From positions 3,968,001 to 4,032,000 of the forward strand of contig JAWMAR010000143.1 in NCBI GenBank assembly GCA_036785375.1: a DNA stretch of 64,000 nucleotides, given 5' to 3'. Every line of letters begins with the position of its first letter. Position 1 is the first letter of the stretch. The notes beneath the pieces were generated by a model. The model was not told the origin of the DNA, searched no databases, and saw only the letters and a program-made list of their open reading frames with translations. This DNA is from Leucoraja ocellata. Its lineage: Eukaryota. The translations under genes and the position numbers were made by a program. Positions 63,271-64,000 of the stretch are shown piece after piece.

Positions 63271-64000
63271 TTACAGGCTGGCAATGAAATGTGACAACTT
63301 GGGCTCATTTCACTTGCTTTATTACAGTGTAAATGCATAGCAGTGTTTTCTGCATGAGAACTATGCACAAAATCTATGGTTAACCTTGGTATCTATTGAG
63401 TTTACGTCAATCCTTGCCTTTTGTCATTATTATAAATGCCAGCTTTAGATAAAATAAAGAAATAAGAATACCAGCATATTACCTGAAACATTACAAAAAA
63501 GTGGTGCCTGTGAAATCTGTATTATATGAATCTTCTGAACTACAATTTTCTACAACTGTCGCCTTCGCTGTCTGTCAGAACCTTCTCCTGATGATTAAGC
63601 AAATGTAAAATAACCATACAATATTACTGCATGCTATTCCATAATGCTTATTGAGCTGTATAAATATTACTCAAGTTTATGTTAGTCATTTTTTTTCCTG
63701 ACTTGGTTCTTGTCAGATAGTTTTAAAGATATTTCACTGAGAACCCATCTGTCTATTTTTTGGGGTGTTTTCAGTTTTTTTTTTGAGGTAATACATTTAC
63801 TTTTTTAAAACATTTTCAGTATTACTTTTTTGTTGTTGTTTATTTTGCTTCACCCTAGGGGGTGGGCACAGTTCCAAACTTAGAAACTGTGTACCCAATA
63901 AAACTTACCTGACAGTTACCTATAAGTGGCATCGCACGCGATTCAGTTTAATTTTTTTTAATGACGTCTGTGCATTTACCGTCCCATTACTGTGCAGCAG

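Larger units (their letters stand above)
58837..64000 (+). other. NFIA: NFIA long 3'UTR (true end not determined; may extend past the window)
   Basis: More than 5 kb of AU-rich sequence with no recognisable TE after the stop codons. AATAAA at 59811-59816, 63453-63458 and 63897-63902. Confidence 0.75.

Overview
Eukaryotic, AT-rich vertebrate genomic DNA. The repeat content (HE1-type tRNA SINEs, CR1/HER1-type LINEs, Rex1/Babar, Neptune-type Penelope elements) points to a cartilaginous fish, probably a skate or ray (inference). The window holds the 3' end of Nuclear Factor I A (NFIA) on the + strand. There are three internal coding exons (4117-4304, 20905-21070, 23880-23971; vertebrate exons 8-10) and the terminal exon starting at 58760. 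The terminal exon is open in two frames (SWYLG* and ILVPGIK...DPFPTL*) and is followed by a >5 kb repeat-free 3'UTR with many miRNA seed matches, including a miR-223 8mer in a hairpin loop. The introns are full of decayed transposons: Penelope-like RT/GIY-YIG copies, CR1, Rex1/Babar, RTE and L2-like fragments, SINEs, and one IR/DR Tc1 transposon whose right TIR is split by a SINE. The most unusual signal is about 11 short (80-240 bp) non-coding units derived from the Penelope 3' terminal repeat. Most are fold-back hairpins, most carry a minimal hammerhead-ribozyme core (CUGAAGA-stem-GAAACGUH) at or near the fold-back point, and ten are flanked by 10-14 bp target-site duplications (perfect or near-perfect), so they inserted as independent units. 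Almost all ORFs in the supplied track are spurious or TE remnants. All comparisons with known sequences are from recall, not from a search.
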